Positions 36,641-46,954 of a stretch of 64,000 nucleotides of DNA are shown piece by piece (positions within the stretch are counted from its first letter, which is position 1; the number at the start of each line of letters is the position of its first letter). The DNA lies in the NCBI GenBank assembly GCA_938003965.1, contig CALKXI010000026.1, forward strand, positions 3,963-67,962, read 5' to 3'. The position numbers were made by a program, and so were the translations under genes. This stretch comes from an uncultured Chlorobiales bacterium (GTDB lineage Bacteria; Bacteroidota; Chlorobiia; Chlorobiales; Thermochlorobacteraceae). The notes beneath the pieces were generated by a model, which was given only the letters and a program-made list of their open reading frames with translations, was not told the DNA's origin and did not search any database.

Positions 36641-37435
36641 ATGGAACTTATCGGCTATTTCGCTTCAATTTTGATTGGCATTTCGCTTGGGCTGATTGGT
36701 GGTGGCGGAAGCATTCTCACCGTTCCTGTTTTGGTATATCTTTTTGCGCGGCCGCCGATTGAGGCAACGCTCTATTCGCTTTTCATCGTCGGTCTATCGA
36801 GCGCGTTGGGCGCGACGACTTATTTGCAAAGTAAATTAGTCAAGGTCAAAAATGCGCTTGCTTTTGCCGTTCCTTCGATTGCTTCCATTCTCCTCACGCG
36901 CAATTTCATCTTGCCAAATTTGCCCGAAGAGATTTTTTCCGTTGGTAATTTCGTGCTTACGAAAAGCACCCTCTTGCTGGTCCTCTTCGCCGTGTTGATG
37001 ATTTTGGCTTCGATTAAAATGATTGTGCCCTCGTCGCTAAAAGCAGATGCGGCGCAAGGTGAAAATCTCGTGATGCTTTCGCTGAACGGCTTCGGCGTCG
37101 GGTTCATCACGGGGCTGATTGGCGTAGGTGGTGGATTTCTCATCATTCCGTCGTTGGTGATTTTGGCGAAGTTGGAAATGAAGGAAGCCGTTGGCACATC
37201 GCTGTTCATTATTGCGCTTAATTCGCTAATTGGATTTTTCGGAAGTTTGCGCGGCAATGAAGCCGATTGGCTTTTCTTGCTGTCCATTTCTGTGCTGGCG
37301 ATTGTGGGAATGTTTATTGGCACATCGCTTGCGCGCCGCATTGATGGCAATCGCTTGAAACCGATGTTTGGCTGGTTTGTTTTAGTGATGGGCGTTTTTG
37401 TCTTGCTCAAAGAAACCGTTTTGAAAACGCTCTGA
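36641..37435 (+). CDS. TauE/SafE-family sulfite/anion exporter
   Basis: Polytopic membrane protein with the duplicated GGGGSILTVPVL / GVGGGFLIIPSL motifs. The track ORF starts at a TTG at 36623. Confidence 0.85.
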   Translation: MELIGYFASILIGISLGLIGGGGSILTVPVLVYLFARPPIEATLYSLFIVGLSSALGATTYLQSKLVKVKNALAFAVPSIASILLTRNFILPNLPEEIFSVGNFVLTKSTLLLVLFAVLMILASIKMIVPSSLKADAAQGENLVMLSLNGFGVGFITGLIGVGGGFLIIPSLVILAKLEMKEAVGTSLFIIALNSLIGFFGSLRGNEADWLFLLSISVLAIVGMFIGTSLARRIDGNRLKPMFGWFVLVMGVFVLLKETVLKTL

Positions 37436-37451
37436 AAATCTTGCGTTGAAC

Positions 37452-38477
37452 TTAGATACTGTCGAATAAGCCTGCCATGCCTTTCGGCTTTTGAATGTTG
37501 AAGCGTTGATAGGCAAGGTCGGTAGCGACTCGTCCTCTTGGTGTGCGCATTAAGTAGCCTTCTTGAATCAAATACGGTTCATACACTTCTTCAATCGTAT
37601 CGGGCTCTTCGCCAACGGCGACGGCTAAGGACGACAGTCCCACAGGATTGCCGTTGAATTTTTCCATGAGTGCGAGCAAAATTCGTTTATCCATTTCGTC
37701 TAATCCGTAAGCATCAATTTCCAAAGCATCGAGCGTGGTTCGGGCGATGTCGAGCGTAATGCGGTTTGAGCCTGCGACTTGGGCGAAATCGCGTGCGCGT
37801 CGGAGCAGGCGGTTGGCAATGCGGGGCGTGCCGCGTGCGCGTCGTGCAATTTCAAACGCGCCGTCTTGCTCAATTTCCACGCCTAAAATTCGCGCCGAAC
37901 GCATCACGATTTTCTCGAGCAAATCCGCCGTGTAGTAATCCAGCCGCGACGAAATGCCGAACCTTGCACGCAAAGGTGCCGTCAGCAACCCGGCTCTTGT
38001 TGTTGCGCCCACAAGGGTAAACTGCGGAATAGCAATCTGAACGCTGCGCGCCGAGGGTCCTGAATCAATCATAATATCAATTTTGAAATCTTCCATCGCT
38101 GAGTAAAGGTATTCCTCAACGACAGCGTTGAGCCGATGAATCTCATCAATGAAAAGCACATCGCCTTTTTCAAGGCTCGTGAGCAATCCTGCTAAATCGC
38201 CAGGCTTATCTAAAACTGGTCCTGATGTCGCTCTAATGCTTGCGCCCATTTCTGCGGCAATGATGTAGGCAAGGGTTGTTTTGCCCAGTCCTGGCGGTCC
38301 AGATAAGAGCACATGGTCTAAGGCTTCGCCACGACTGCGCGCCGCCTGAATGAAGACACGCAAATTATCGACAATTTTTTGCTGTCCTGTGAAGTCTTCA
38401 AAGCGAATCGGGCGAATTTTTTCCTCAAACTGTGCATCGATGAGGCTCTTTGTTTTCTCTATGCTTTCGTTTCTCAC
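37452..38477 (-). CDS. ruvB: Holliday junction branch migration helicase RuvB
   Basis: RP..F.DF.GQ....NL; Walker [12 protein letters not shown]; Walker [10 protein letters not shown]; sensor ATTR.G.L..PLR.RFG. Confidence 0.97.
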   Translation of the reverse strand: MRNESIEKTKSLIDAQFEEKIRPIRFEDFTGQQKIVDNLRVFIQAARSRGEALDHVLLSGPPGLGKTTLAYIIAAEMGASIRATSGPVLDKPGDLAGLLTSLEKGDVLFIDEIHRLNAVVEEYLYSAMEDFKIDIMIDSGPSARSVQIAIPQFTLVGATTRAGLLTAPLRARFGISSRLDYYTADLLEKIVMRSARILGVEIEQDGAFEIARRARGTPRIANRLLRRARDFAQVAGSNRITLDIARTTLDALEIDAYGLDEMDKRILLALMEKFNGNPVGLSSLAVAVGEEPDTIEEVYEPYLIQEGYLMRTPRGRVATDLAYQRFNIQKPKGMAGLFDSI

Positions 38478-38526
38478 TGTTCTTTCAGATATTTTTTCAA
38501 TTTACTTCAATTCAACGAGAGCATCA

Positions 38527-39549
38527 ATGACGCGCCCAGTTCTCATCACAGGTCTCATCATCAATCTTCTTTTTTCAGCATCACTTCTCAACGCACAACT
38601 CTTTCCCGCAAAGCAAAGCGGAAAATGGGGCTACATCAATTCAAGCGGGCAGATTGTTATTCAGCCCAAATTTGACGAAGTCAAAAAGTTTTCGGAAGGG
38701 CGCGCGGCTGTGAAAATCAAAGACGAATGGGGATATATCGACACAACGGGCAACCTTGTCATTCAAGCGCGATTCACAAATGCCGAATCTTTTTCAAATG
38801 GCATTGCTGCTGTTCAAAGCAAAAACTTCGTTGTCGGCATAGAAACGCAATTTATTCGTCTCAATGGCGATACGCTTGTAGGCGAAACCTTCACTGATGC
38901 GGGCACTTTCTCGGAAGGCTTGGCTTGGATTAAAATCGCTGACCGTAGCAAGGTGCTTTTGCGCCAACGCTTTGGTTTTATTGATAGCACCGGAAAAATT
39001 GTCATTCAACCTGTTTTAGAAAAAGCGTCTGACTTTTCAGAAGGATTTGCCGCCGTGCAGTTCAACGGAAAGTTTGGATTTATTCGCCGCACCGATACGC
39101 TCAGCAATTCGGTTCAAACCTTCACGATTGCACCGAAGTATCGCTTTGCAGGTAAGTTTTCTGAAGGCTTGGCGCGTGTGCGCACCGAAGCCCTGTGGGG
39201 CTACATTGACCAAAGCGGAAAACTTGTTATTGCCGAGCAGTTCGATGCCGCAAGCGATTTTCGCGAAGGCTTGGCGCGCGTGCGTAAAGGTGAAAAATTC
39301 GGCTTCATTGATAAAAGTGGCCACATGGTTATTCCGACTGTTTTTGATGCCGCAGGCGATTTCAGCGAAGGCTTAGCATGGGTTTCCAAAGGCCGAACGT
39401 ATGCGTTTATCGACCGCGCAGGACAACTTGTTCTCGACCTTGGACTGACCGGCGTGAGCAGTTTTCAAGATGGACTTGCGCTTGTCAGCATTGGCAACAG
39501 ACAAGTTTATATTGATAAAGCAGGAAACATTATTTTTGAGTTTAATTGA
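38527..39549 (+). CDS. Secreted WG-repeat (KWG-type) protein
   Basis: Signal peptide (LIINLLFSASLLNAQ) and about nine repeats of F.EGLA.V...GKWGYID..GK.VI...FD.A. The track ORF start at 38350 overlaps ruvB and is rejected. Confidence 0.85.
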   Translation: MTRPVLITGLIINLLFSASLLNAQLFPAKQSGKWGYINSSGQIVIQPKFDEVKKFSEGRAAVKIKDEWGYIDTTGNLVIQARFTNAESFSNGIAAVQSKNFVVGIETQFIRLNGDTLVGETFTDAGTFSEGLAWIKIADRSKVLLRQRFGFIDSTGKIVIQPVLEKASDFSEGFAAVQFNGKFGFIRRTDTLSNSVQTFTIAPKYRFAGKFSEGLARVRTEALWGYIDQSGKLVIAEQFDAASDFREGLARVRKGEKFGFIDKSGHMVIPTVFDAAGDFSEGLAWVSKGRTYAFIDRAGQLVLDLGLTGVSSFQDGLALVSIGNRQVYIDKAGNIIFEFN

Positions 39550-39582
39550 CTCGAAATCGGTTCTCTTTTTAGTCTCAAGGCG

Positions 39583-40194
39583 ATGTCTGATATACCGTCA
39601 AGCCTTTCGCTCATTTTGCTTTTTGGACTTGAAGGGGTTGCCCTTGTGCTTGGGTTTGGTTTGTATTTTCTCAAAAAGACCTCGCTTTCGGCGGCGCCTT
39701 GGAAGTGGTGGGTTTGGTCAGGGTTGGGTGCAATCGCGCTCATTGGGTTGAGTTTAATCGTGAAAGAATCGAGCATGCTTGTCGATATTTCCGAGAAAAA
39801 GAAATGGATACAAACGACAGGTAAAATTCTTGCGTCTGAAATGCGTGGCAAGAAAGCCTACATTCCTTTTGTTAGGTATGAATATGAATTGAACGGAAAA
39901 ACTTACACTGCCGAAACTGAACTTTACTCGCCGCAGTGGGGCGGCAAACTTTTGCGTAAAGAGACCTCGGAGAACATCTTAGCGATGTTCAAACCTGAAA
40001 GTACGGTTACGGTTTATGTCAATCCGAAGAACCATGCGGACTCTGTGCTTGAAATTCTTCTTGGTTGGGATTTATTCATTCGCTTGGGCGTCGGAATGCT
40101 CTTGTGGCTTGTTTCAACCGCTGTGCTCTACTTCGGTGCGTTCAAACACTTACTTCACGGCTCGACTTTCACGCCGCGCCAAAATGCAACATAG
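39583..40194 (+). CDS. DUF3592-like membrane protein
   Basis: Two N-terminal TM helices, the pattern W..TTGKIL.........Y.PFVRYEY.LNGKTYT and C-terminal TM helices. Confidence 0.7.
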   Translation: MSDIPSSLSLILLFGLEGVALVLGFGLYFLKKTSLSAAPWKWWVWSGLGAIALIGLSLIVKESSMLVDISEKKKWIQTTGKILASEMRGKKAYIPFVRYEYELNGKTYTAETELYSPQWGGKLLRKETSENILAMFKPESTVTVYVNPKNHADSVLEILLGWDLFIRLGVGMLLWLVSTAVLYFGAFKHLLHGSTFTPRQNAT

Positions 40195-40436
40195 CCTTTG
40201 ATGTTCTTTGCCGCCTCTTTGGGGTCGGGGTAATACCACGCTGCATCTTTGTTCTTCTCTCCTCCAACCACCACATTGAAGTAACTTGCTCTGCCTTTCC
40301 ACGCACAAGTGGTCTGTGTAGCGCTTTCTTCAAAAAATTCTTTTTTGAGTGCGTCGGGTGGAAAGTAGTGGTTGCCTTCGACAACAATCGTCTTGTCGCT
40401 TTCAGCGATGATTTGACCGTTCCAAATGGCTTTCAT
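40155..40436 (-). CDS. DUF427-domain protein
   Basis: MKAIWNGQIIAESD.TIVVEGNHYFP......E.F..S...T.C.WKG.ASY..V.V.G..N.DAAWYYP.P is the typical DUF427 pattern. Confidence 0.8.
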   Translation of the reverse strand: MKAIWNGQIIAESDKTIVVEGNHYFPPDALKKEFFEESATQTTCAWKGRASYFNVVVGGEKNKDAAWYYPDPKEAAKNIKGYVAFWRGVKVEP

Positions 40437-40513
40437 TGTGCGTTACATTTTTCAAGTTAACTTTACTTTTTGCAATCCCAAAACATCAATGACATCTTAT
40501 CGGTTTAATCTTT

Positions 40514-41752
40514 ATGCCCGACCATCGTTTTGATGTGCTGATTATCGGCGCCGGTCCTGCAGGTGCCAGCGCTGCGCTTTCACTCTCTAAATATCCAACG
40601 CTCCGAATCGGCATTGTTGATAAAGCCAAGTTTCCTCGTGATAAAATTTGCGGCGACGCACTCAGTGGCAATGTGATTTCAACGCTGAAATCAATTTCGC
40701 CCTCGCTCTACGAGCGGTTTCAGGCATTTCCCGATAAAATCGGCTCGTTTGGCATTCGCTTTATTGCACCAAATGGCAAGCATCTTGATGTGCCGTTTAA
40801 GTCGCCAAAGGCTCAAATCACCGAGCCGCCCGGCTTCATTTCAAAGCGTGTGGACTTTGATAATTTTTTAGTTTCAGAAGTGAAATCATTGCCGAATGTC
40901 AAGATGTATGAAGAAACTGCTGTTGAGTTTGTGCATATCAAGCCTGATGGCGTGTTTGTGAAAACGAATTGCGGCGTGTTTTCAGCCTCTTTGCTCATCG
41001 GCGCAGACGGCGCAAACGGCATCACCACGCGCACCCTTGCCACATTCAAACCGGAAGCGCAACACTTTTGCGCAGGGCTTCGCGCTTATTATCGTGGCGT
41101 TTCAGATATGCACGCACAAAATTTTATCGAGCTTCATTTCTTGCCTAACCTTCTGCCTGGATACTTTTGGATTTTTCCGCTTCCTAACGGCAATGCGAAT
41201 GTTGGCTTGGGCATTCTTTCAGCCGTCGTGAAAAAAAAGCGATTGGATTTGAAGAAACTTTTGATGGAAATTATCCAAACGCACCCCGACATTGCCCCGC
41301 GCTTCAAACACGCCGCAATGATTGATGAAATCAGGGGCTATGGTTTGCCGCTTGGCTCGAAGCGTCGTTCGCTTTCAGGCGAGCGATTCATGCTCACAGG
41401 CGACGCTGCCTCGCTGATTGACCCCTTTTCAGGCGAAGGCATTGGCAATGCGATGAAGTCGGGTAAACTCGCCGCCGAAGTCGCTCACGAGAGCATTCTC
41501 CAACAAGATTTTTCACAAGCGTTTTTGAAGCGATACGATGAGCGCGTCTATCAAAAACTCGGCAGCGAACTTTGGCTTAGCCACACCTTGCAACGATTGG
41601 CGAACTTCCCTGCGCTCTTTAACTTCGTTGTTAATCGTGCAAGGCAAAGTCCAACACTCTCTGAAACCATTTCGTGTATGTTCGATGATTTGGAACTGCG
41701 TAAAGAATTGAGCAAGCCCTCTTTCTATGCGAAATTGCTTTTAGGTCGATAG
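40514..41752 (+). CDS. Geranylgeranyl reductase-family FAD-dependent oxidoreductase
   Basis: FDVLIIGAGPAGASAA; FPRDKICGDAL; LIGADGANG; MLTGDAASLIDPFSGEGIGNAM. Confidence 0.85.
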   Translation: MPDHRFDVLIIGAGPAGASAALSLSKYPTLRIGIVDKAKFPRDKICGDALSGNVISTLKSISPSLYERFQAFPDKIGSFGIRFIAPNGKHLDVPFKSPKAQITEPPGFISKRVDFDNFLVSEVKSLPNVKMYEETAVEFVHIKPDGVFVKTNCGVFSASLLIGADGANGITTRTLATFKPEAQHFCAGLRAYYRGVSDMHAQNFIELHFLPNLLPGYFWIFPLPNGNANVGLGILSAVVKKKRLDLKKLLMEIIQTHPDIAPRFKHAAMIDEIRGYGLPLGSKRRSLSGERFMLTGDAASLIDPFSGEGIGNAMKSGKLAAEVAHESILQQDFSQAFLKRYDERVYQKLGSELWLSHTLQRLANFPALFNFVVNRARQSPTLSETISCMFDDLELRKELSKPSFYAKLLLGR

Positions 41753-41778
41753 ATAGGACAATAAATGAGAAAAGCAAG

Positions 41779-41803
41779 AAGGGGAAGGTTGTGGCTTCCC
41801 CTT
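41779..41803. terminator. Bidirectional hairpin terminator between the convergent reductase and dxs genes
   Basis: Perfect 9-bp stem aaggggaag / cttcccctt with a 7-nt loop. A-rich on the 5' side and T-rich (tctttgttgttgtgttttt) on the 3' side. Confidence 0.75.
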
Positions 41804-41833
41804 TCTTTGTTGTTGTGTTTTTGCAATGCTGTC

Positions 41834-43795
41834 TTACTTAGCGACGGCTTCTTCAATGCCTGCAAAAGCCAGCACACGCTTGGCGATGCTTTCCACATCT
41901 AACCCGACCTCTTTGTGTAGTTCAGCAGGCGAGCCATGGTCGATGAAGCGGTCAGGCAGACCAATCACACAGACCTTATTGCTGTAACCTTTTTCTTGCA
42001 GGTATTCTAACACCGCCGAGCCGAACCCACCTTTGATTGTGTTTTCTTCGATGGTTACGATGCGCTCGAAGCGTGTTGCGACTTCGTCAATTAAATCGGT
42101 ATCTAACGGTTTAACGAAGCGCATATTTGCGACAAGTGCGGAAACGCCACGCTCTTCAAGGAGTTTGGCGGCTTTGAGGGCGTTGTTGGTCATAACGCCA
42201 ATGCCGAGCATGGCAATATCTGCGCCGTCTCTCAACACTTCGCCTTTTCCGATTTCAAGTTGTTTGAACTCTTTACGCATTTTCATGCCGGTGGCATTGC
42301 CGCGCGGATAACGAAGCGCAATCGGTCCGTCGTCATACTTGACGGCAGTGTAGAGCATATCGCGGAGTTCTTGTTCGTTCATCGGTGCCATGATGACCAT
42401 TCCTGGGATAAGTCGGAGGTAAGAGAGGTCAAATGCGCCGTGGTGCGTTGGTCCGTCGGCACCGGCAAGTCCGCCTCTGTCCATAGCAAAGACGACGTTC
42501 AGATTTTGAAGCGCGACGTCGTGAATAATTTGGTCGTAAGCGCGTTGGAGAAAGGTTGAATAAATCGCGCAAACGGGCTTCATGCCTTGTGTGGCTAATC
42601 CTGCGGCGAAGGTTACAGCATGTTGTTCGGCGATGCCAACGTCGTAGAATTGTTCAGGTAAGGCTTTGCCCAAAATTTTAAGCGATGTTCCCGAAGGCAT
42701 TGCCGCCGTAATGCCGATGATGCGTTTGTCTTCTTGCGCAAGTTCTGTAATAGCGTTTCCGAATACGTCTTGATAAAGCGGCGGTGGTGGTGTTGCAGGC
42801 GGTGGGGCGAGCGATTTGCCTGTGATTTTATCAAACGCAGTGCTTTGCGCATGCCATTTGAGTTGGTCTTCTTCGGCAGGTTTGAAGCCTTTGCCCTTTA
42901 CTGTCACAATGTGTAAGAGTTTCGGATGCGGCAGGTCTCGCAACTCTTTCAAGACTTTGACAAGATTGATGACGTCGTGCCCGTCAATCGGACCGAAGTA
43001 TCGAAATCCAAGGGCTTCGAAGAACGCGCCGGGCGTGAGCGCCGCTTTCAATCCTTGTTCTATGTTGAGCACAAACTTGCGCGCTTTTTCACCGAACTCA
43101 TTGTTGCCAATGCGATTGAGGAAATCGGCGAAGTCGTTGCGAATTTTGTTGTAAGTCGAGTTCGTTGTAATCGCCGTGAGATATTCTTTCAAGCCGCCGA
43201 CGTTGGGGTCAATGGACATGCAGTTGTCGTTAAGCACCACGAGCACATCGGTTTTAAGATGTCCGATATGGTTCAGACCTTCAAACGCCATCCCGCCTGT
43301 CATTGCGCCGTCGCCGATAACCGCCACGATTTTGTAATCTTCTTTTTTCAAATCGCGAGCGATTGCCATGCCCGCGGCGGCGGAAATTGAAGTCGATGCA
43401 TGCCCGACGCCGAAGGTATCGTATTTGCTCTCACTTCGTTTGGGGAATCCTGAAATGCCTTTGTACTGACGATTGGTATGAAAGTATGCTTTGCGCCCGG
43501 TGAGAATTTTGTGGACGTAGGCTTGATGCCCGACATCCCAAACCAGTTGGTCTTTCGGCGTGTTATAGACATAATGCAAGGCAACAGTAATATCTGCCGC
43601 ACCCAAACTGGCGCCGAAGTGCCCACCGTATTTTGAGACCACTTCAATGACGAAGTCTCTGCACTCTCTTGTGATTTCGGGCAGGTCTTCAACTGGAAAT
43701 TTTTTTAAGTCATCAGGAGAATCAATTTGCGAGAGCAGTCTTCCGAAGTTTTTCAGTTCTTCGGAGACGGGATAAAGTTGTAGCATGTTTTGCAC
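41834..43795 (-). CDS. dxs: 1-deoxy-D-xylulose-5-phosphate synthase
   Basis: GGHFGASLG..D.TVALH; WDVGHQAY.HKILTGR; the ThDP motif GDGAMTGGMAFEGLN; the transketolase-like C-terminus. Confidence 0.97.
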   Translation of the reverse strand: MQNMLQLYPVSEELKNFGRLLSQIDSPDDLKKFPVEDLPEITRECRDFVIEVVSKYGGHFGASLGAADITVALHYVYNTPKDQLVWDVGHQAYVHKILTGRKAYFHTNRQYKGISGFPKRSESKYDTFGVGHASTSISAAAGMAIARDLKKEDYKIVAVIGDGAMTGGMAFEGLNHIGHLKTDVLVVLNDNCMSIDPNVGGLKEYLTAITTNSTYNKIRNDFADFLNRIGNNEFGEKARKFVLNIEQGLKAALTPGAFFEALGFRYFGPIDGHDVINLVKVLKELRDLPHPKLLHIVTVKGKGFKPAEEDQLKWHAQSTAFDKITGKSLAPPPATPPPPLYQDVFGNAITELAQEDKRIIGITAAMPSGTSLKILGKALPEQFYDVGIAEQHAVTFAAGLATQGMKPVCAIYSTFLQRAYDQIIHDVALQNLNVVFAMDRGGLAGADGPTHHGAFDLSYLRLIPGMVIMAPMNEQELRDMLYTAVKYDDGPIALRYPRGNATGMKMRKEFKQLEIGKGEVLRDGADIAMLGIGVMTNNALKAAKLLEERGVSALVANMRFVKPLDTDLIDEVATRFERIVTIEENTIKGGFGSAVLEYLQEKGYSNKVCVIGLPDRFIDHGSPAELHKEVGLDVESIAKRVLAFAGIEEAVAK

Positions 43796-44007
43796 GTGTT
43801 TAGGTTCAAAGTTGATTCAATCAAATGAGACAAACAAAGCAGATAACGGAAAGAACAGTTGAGATGATTTCAGTTTCCTCAACATGATTTCAGTGTCAGT
43901 TTATGCTTTGCGAAATTACAACAACCCGCCGCCAATCTAAGTTGAACCTAAGTTGGCTCAGTGTCGTTTTAACCCTTTTTGTTCATCAGCCACGATAGTT
44001 CCAAAAC

Positions 44008-45705
44008 TTATCCGTTGGTATAAACAGGTCCGCCGCCGCCTTCGGGCACTTTCCAAGTGATGACTTGATACGGGTCGGCGATGTCGCACGTTTTGCAATG
44101 TACACAGTTTGAAGCATTGATTTTGAGTTTCTTTGCGCCGGTCAGTTCATTGACGACTTCCATTTCATAGACATTTGCTGGACAGAAGTGCTGACAAGGA
44201 TTTCCATACTCGACGGTGCATTTTGTATTGCAAATGTCCGTAATCAAATGCGGTTGAATGAAGAGATGACAAGGCTGGTCTTCTTCGTGCGTTGTGCCGC
44301 TTTCATAGACGTCGGTGAGTTTATCGAAGGTGAGTTTGCCATCGAACTTGAACTCGCGTTTTTCGAGCACATACTTGCGCGTCATGCTGGAAAGGCGTTG
44401 CATGTGCGTGTGGTCAGGCTCTAAGGGCAAGCGTTCTTTGACAATTTTTCCGCCCAGAAGCATTTGCAAGCCAACGCGCAGCATTCCCCAGTATAAGCCC
44501 ACGTTGAAGGCTTGGCGGAAGTTACGCGCCTTATACATTTCCTTTTTCGCCCACGAGTTATTGAATCGCGTTTCGTAGCCTTTGAGCGTCTCTTGGGAAA
44601 AATCATTTTTGAGCAAGGCTTCGAGAATGGTTTCTGCTGCCAGCATGCCCGATTTCATTGCAAGGTGAATGCCTTTGAGGCGCATCATGTTCATAAAGCC
44701 TCCCGATTCGCCCACGAGCAACAAGCCGTCGTGGTAGAGTTTCGGCATTGAAAAATAGCCGCCGCCTGAAATGGTTTTTGCGCCATAGCCGACCATTTTT
44801 CCGCCTTCCAAAAGTGAGCGCACGAAAGGGTGCGTCTTGAACTTCTGCAAGTTGTAGTGTGGGTCGTTAGCAGGCGAACTTGCGTCGAGCGCAGTAACAA
44901 ATCCGACCGAAAGCATCGTCTCACTCATCGCATAAATCCAACTGCCACCATAAACGTTCGGCGGAAGCGGATAGCCCATCGTATGATACACTGTGCCTTT
45001 CTTGATTCTGCCCGCAGGAATTTCCCAAAGTTCTTTGACGCCAGTTTCGTAGGACTGCGGATTTTTGTCTTTATCCAGATTTAGCTTCGAGACGATTTGT
45101 TTCGTCAGCGAGCCTCTTGGACCTTCGCCCAAAACCGTTACTTTGGCGCGAATGTTCATGCCTGGCTCAAAGTTCGGTTTAGGATTGCCGTTTTTATCAA
45201 TCCCTTTATCATCGGTTTGAACGCCGACCACCTTTCCGCCTTCCAACAGCATTTCTGCTCCGGCAAAGCCAGTGAAGATATTCACGCCTTTTTCTTCGGC
45301 AATTTTGCCGAGCCATGCGCCGAATTTATTAAGCGAAATAATGTAGTTGCCGTGATTGTTGAGCGGAGGGGGCGTAATTGGAAACGGAATTTTGGACTTT
45401 TCCGTCAGAAACATCACTTTCTCGGCTGTAACTTCCGATTCCAACGGGCATCGCTTTTCCTTGAAGTCCGGAATCAATTCCTTGAGCGCAATTGGGTCTA
45501 AAATCGCACCTGAAAGCAAATGCGCACCAACACTTTGACCTTTTTCAAGAATCGCGATTTGCGGCGAAAGTGGGTTATCGGGGTGTTTGGCGTTATGTTC
45601 GGCGATTAGATTCGAAAGATGTATGGCGGCAGAAAGGTTTGCAGCGCCCGCACCGACGAAGAGCACATCCATCTCCATCGTCTCGCGCTGTATCGTGTTA
45701 CTCAT
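44008..45705 (-). CDS. Electron-transfer flavoprotein:ubiquinone oxidoreductase
   Basis: FAD motif DVLFVGAGAANLSAA, an ETF-QO-like middle region and a C-terminal 4Fe-4S segment (CPANVYE...NASNCVHCKTCDI). Confidence 0.9.
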   Translation of the reverse strand: MSNTIQRETMEMDVLFVGAGAANLSAAIHLSNLIAEHNAKHPDNPLSPQIAILEKGQSVGAHLLSGAILDPIALKELIPDFKEKRCPLESEVTAEKVMFLTEKSKIPFPITPPPLNNHGNYIISLNKFGAWLGKIAEEKGVNIFTGFAGAEMLLEGGKVVGVQTDDKGIDKNGNPKPNFEPGMNIRAKVTVLGEGPRGSLTKQIVSKLNLDKDKNPQSYETGVKELWEIPAGRIKKGTVYHTMGYPLPPNVYGGSWIYAMSETMLSVGFVTALDASSPANDPHYNLQKFKTHPFVRSLLEGGKMVGYGAKTISGGGYFSMPKLYHDGLLLVGESGGFMNMMRLKGIHLAMKSGMLAAETILEALLKNDFSQETLKGYETRFNNSWAKKEMYKARNFRQAFNVGLYWGMLRVGLQMLLGGKIVKERLPLEPDHTHMQRLSSMTRKYVLEKREFKFDGKLTFDKLTDVYESGTTHEEDQPCHLFIQPHLITDICNTKCTVEYGNPCQHFCPANVYEMEVVNELTGAKKLKINASNCVHCKTCDIADPYQVITWKVPEGGGGPVYTNG

Positions 45706-45879
45706 AAAACTTCTTTTGGTTTGAATTTGCGTTAAATTTCAGAGCAAAATATAACGCTATCGTAATTCTCAAAAGCGATTTTGTTATATTCAACCCTCGA
45801 AGTATATGAATAACAATCTTCATTGCCGCGACGTTTGATCTTTCAGCTGCGGCGTTCAACCTCTCCAAACTTGACTAAT

Positions 45880-46494
45880 ATGATTCGCAAAATTTTGCTT
45901 GCTGACGACGACCAAGATATTCACCTCTACATTCAGTCGGTGCTTCAATCGCCATGGCTCTCCATCAAGTCCGTCTATACAGGAAAGGAAGCTCTCGTCG
46001 AGTTTCAAGTGATGAGTTATGACTTGATTATCACCGACCTTTCCATGCCCGAAATGAACGGCTTGAACTTTATGAAGGCGCTTTTCCAATCTAAGTTCAC
46101 CATTCCACCCGTTGTGGTGCTTAGCTCTATTTCCGATACAAACTTGATTATGAAGTGCCTCAATGTCGGTGTTTCCGATTACATCTTGAAACCTGCCGAC
46201 CCGGCGCGCATCCGCAAAACCGTCTACGGCATTCTGCACTTGGACGAAAGCGGCAAGCCGATTGAACAACGCCCACTTTCCAGCTACATGGGCGAAATCA
46301 CAATGCAAAAACTCACTGGCAAGTTACTCATTGAAGATGGACGCAATAAAGGCGAACTGCACTACGAAGAGGGCAAACTCCGACATGTAACCTTTGCTGG
46401 TCTGACGGGACTCGACGCGCTTGAAGCGGCAAAGAGCGCGAAGTTTTTGCAAGCTAAGTTCGTTCAAGGCGAACCCATTTCGCCTCAATCATGA
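45880..46494 (+). CDS. Response regulator: receiver domain plus a C-terminal DUF4388-like domain
   Basis: The REC domain has DDD, a phospho-acceptor context LIITDLSMPEMNG, VLSS and LKP. The C-terminus GKLLIEDGRNKGELHYEEGKLRHVTFAGLTGLDALEA fits the DUF4388 pattern. I prefer the Met at 45880. Confidence 0.8.
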   Translation: MIRKILLADDDQDIHLYIQSVLQSPWLSIKSVYTGKEALVEFQVMSYDLIITDLSMPEMNGLNFMKALFQSKFTIPPVVVLSSISDTNLIMKCLNVGVSDYILKPADPARIRKTVYGILHLDESGKPIEQRPLSSYMGEITMQKLTGKLLIEDGRNKGELHYEEGKLRHVTFAGLTGLDALEAAKSAKFLQAKFVQGEPISPQS

Positions 46495-46943
46495 ATTGCC
46501 TCGAGCACCGTCTTACTCTGAAACCGTTTCCCGGTAGAACGATGCAAGAACATCTTTTACAAGCTACCCCTCGCAAAATTCTCATCATCGATGACGAAGA
46601 AGACACTCATCTTCTCTTAAAAGCTGCTCTCAAAAGTTTTCCAATCGATTACACTGACCTCTTTGACGGTGAAAGTGCGATTGCCCAAATCGACAAAGCA
46701 CACTACGATATGATTTTTCTTGATGTGATTATGCCAAACGGTTCGGGCGCCGATTTCCTTCAATACGCCCTCAATAACGCCGTGAACTTGCCAACAATCG
46801 TTTTACTGACCTCACTTTGCGACGCTTCCTTTACGCGACATGCACTCGGAATCGGTGTCGCCGAAGTGCTTCAAAAGCCTGTTCAGCCCGACGACTTACG
46901 CCAAATCGTCAGCAAATATCTTTTCCCTCATTTTCAATCCTAA
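46491..46943 (+). CDS. Single-domain response regulator (receiver only)
   Basis: ILIIDDEED, MIFLDVIMPNGSG, LLTS, LQKP. The ATGA start/stop overlap with the upstream regulator suggests translational coupling. An alternative start is at 46542. Confidence 0.8.
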   Translation: MNCLEHRLTLKPFPGRTMQEHLLQATPRKILIIDDEEDTHLLLKAALKSFPIDYTDLFDGESAIAQIDKAHYDMIFLDVIMPNGSGADFLQYALNNAVNLPTIVLLTSLCDASFTRHALGIGVAEVLQKPVQPDDLRQIVSKYLFPHFQS

Positions 46944-46954
46944 ACAAACTCGCT

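Noticed and set aside
38350-38526. 5' extension of the WG-repeat ORF overlapping the ruvB start
   Set aside because: The extension is antisense to ruvB coding sequence and has no protein-like features. The Met at 38527 gives a clean signal peptide.
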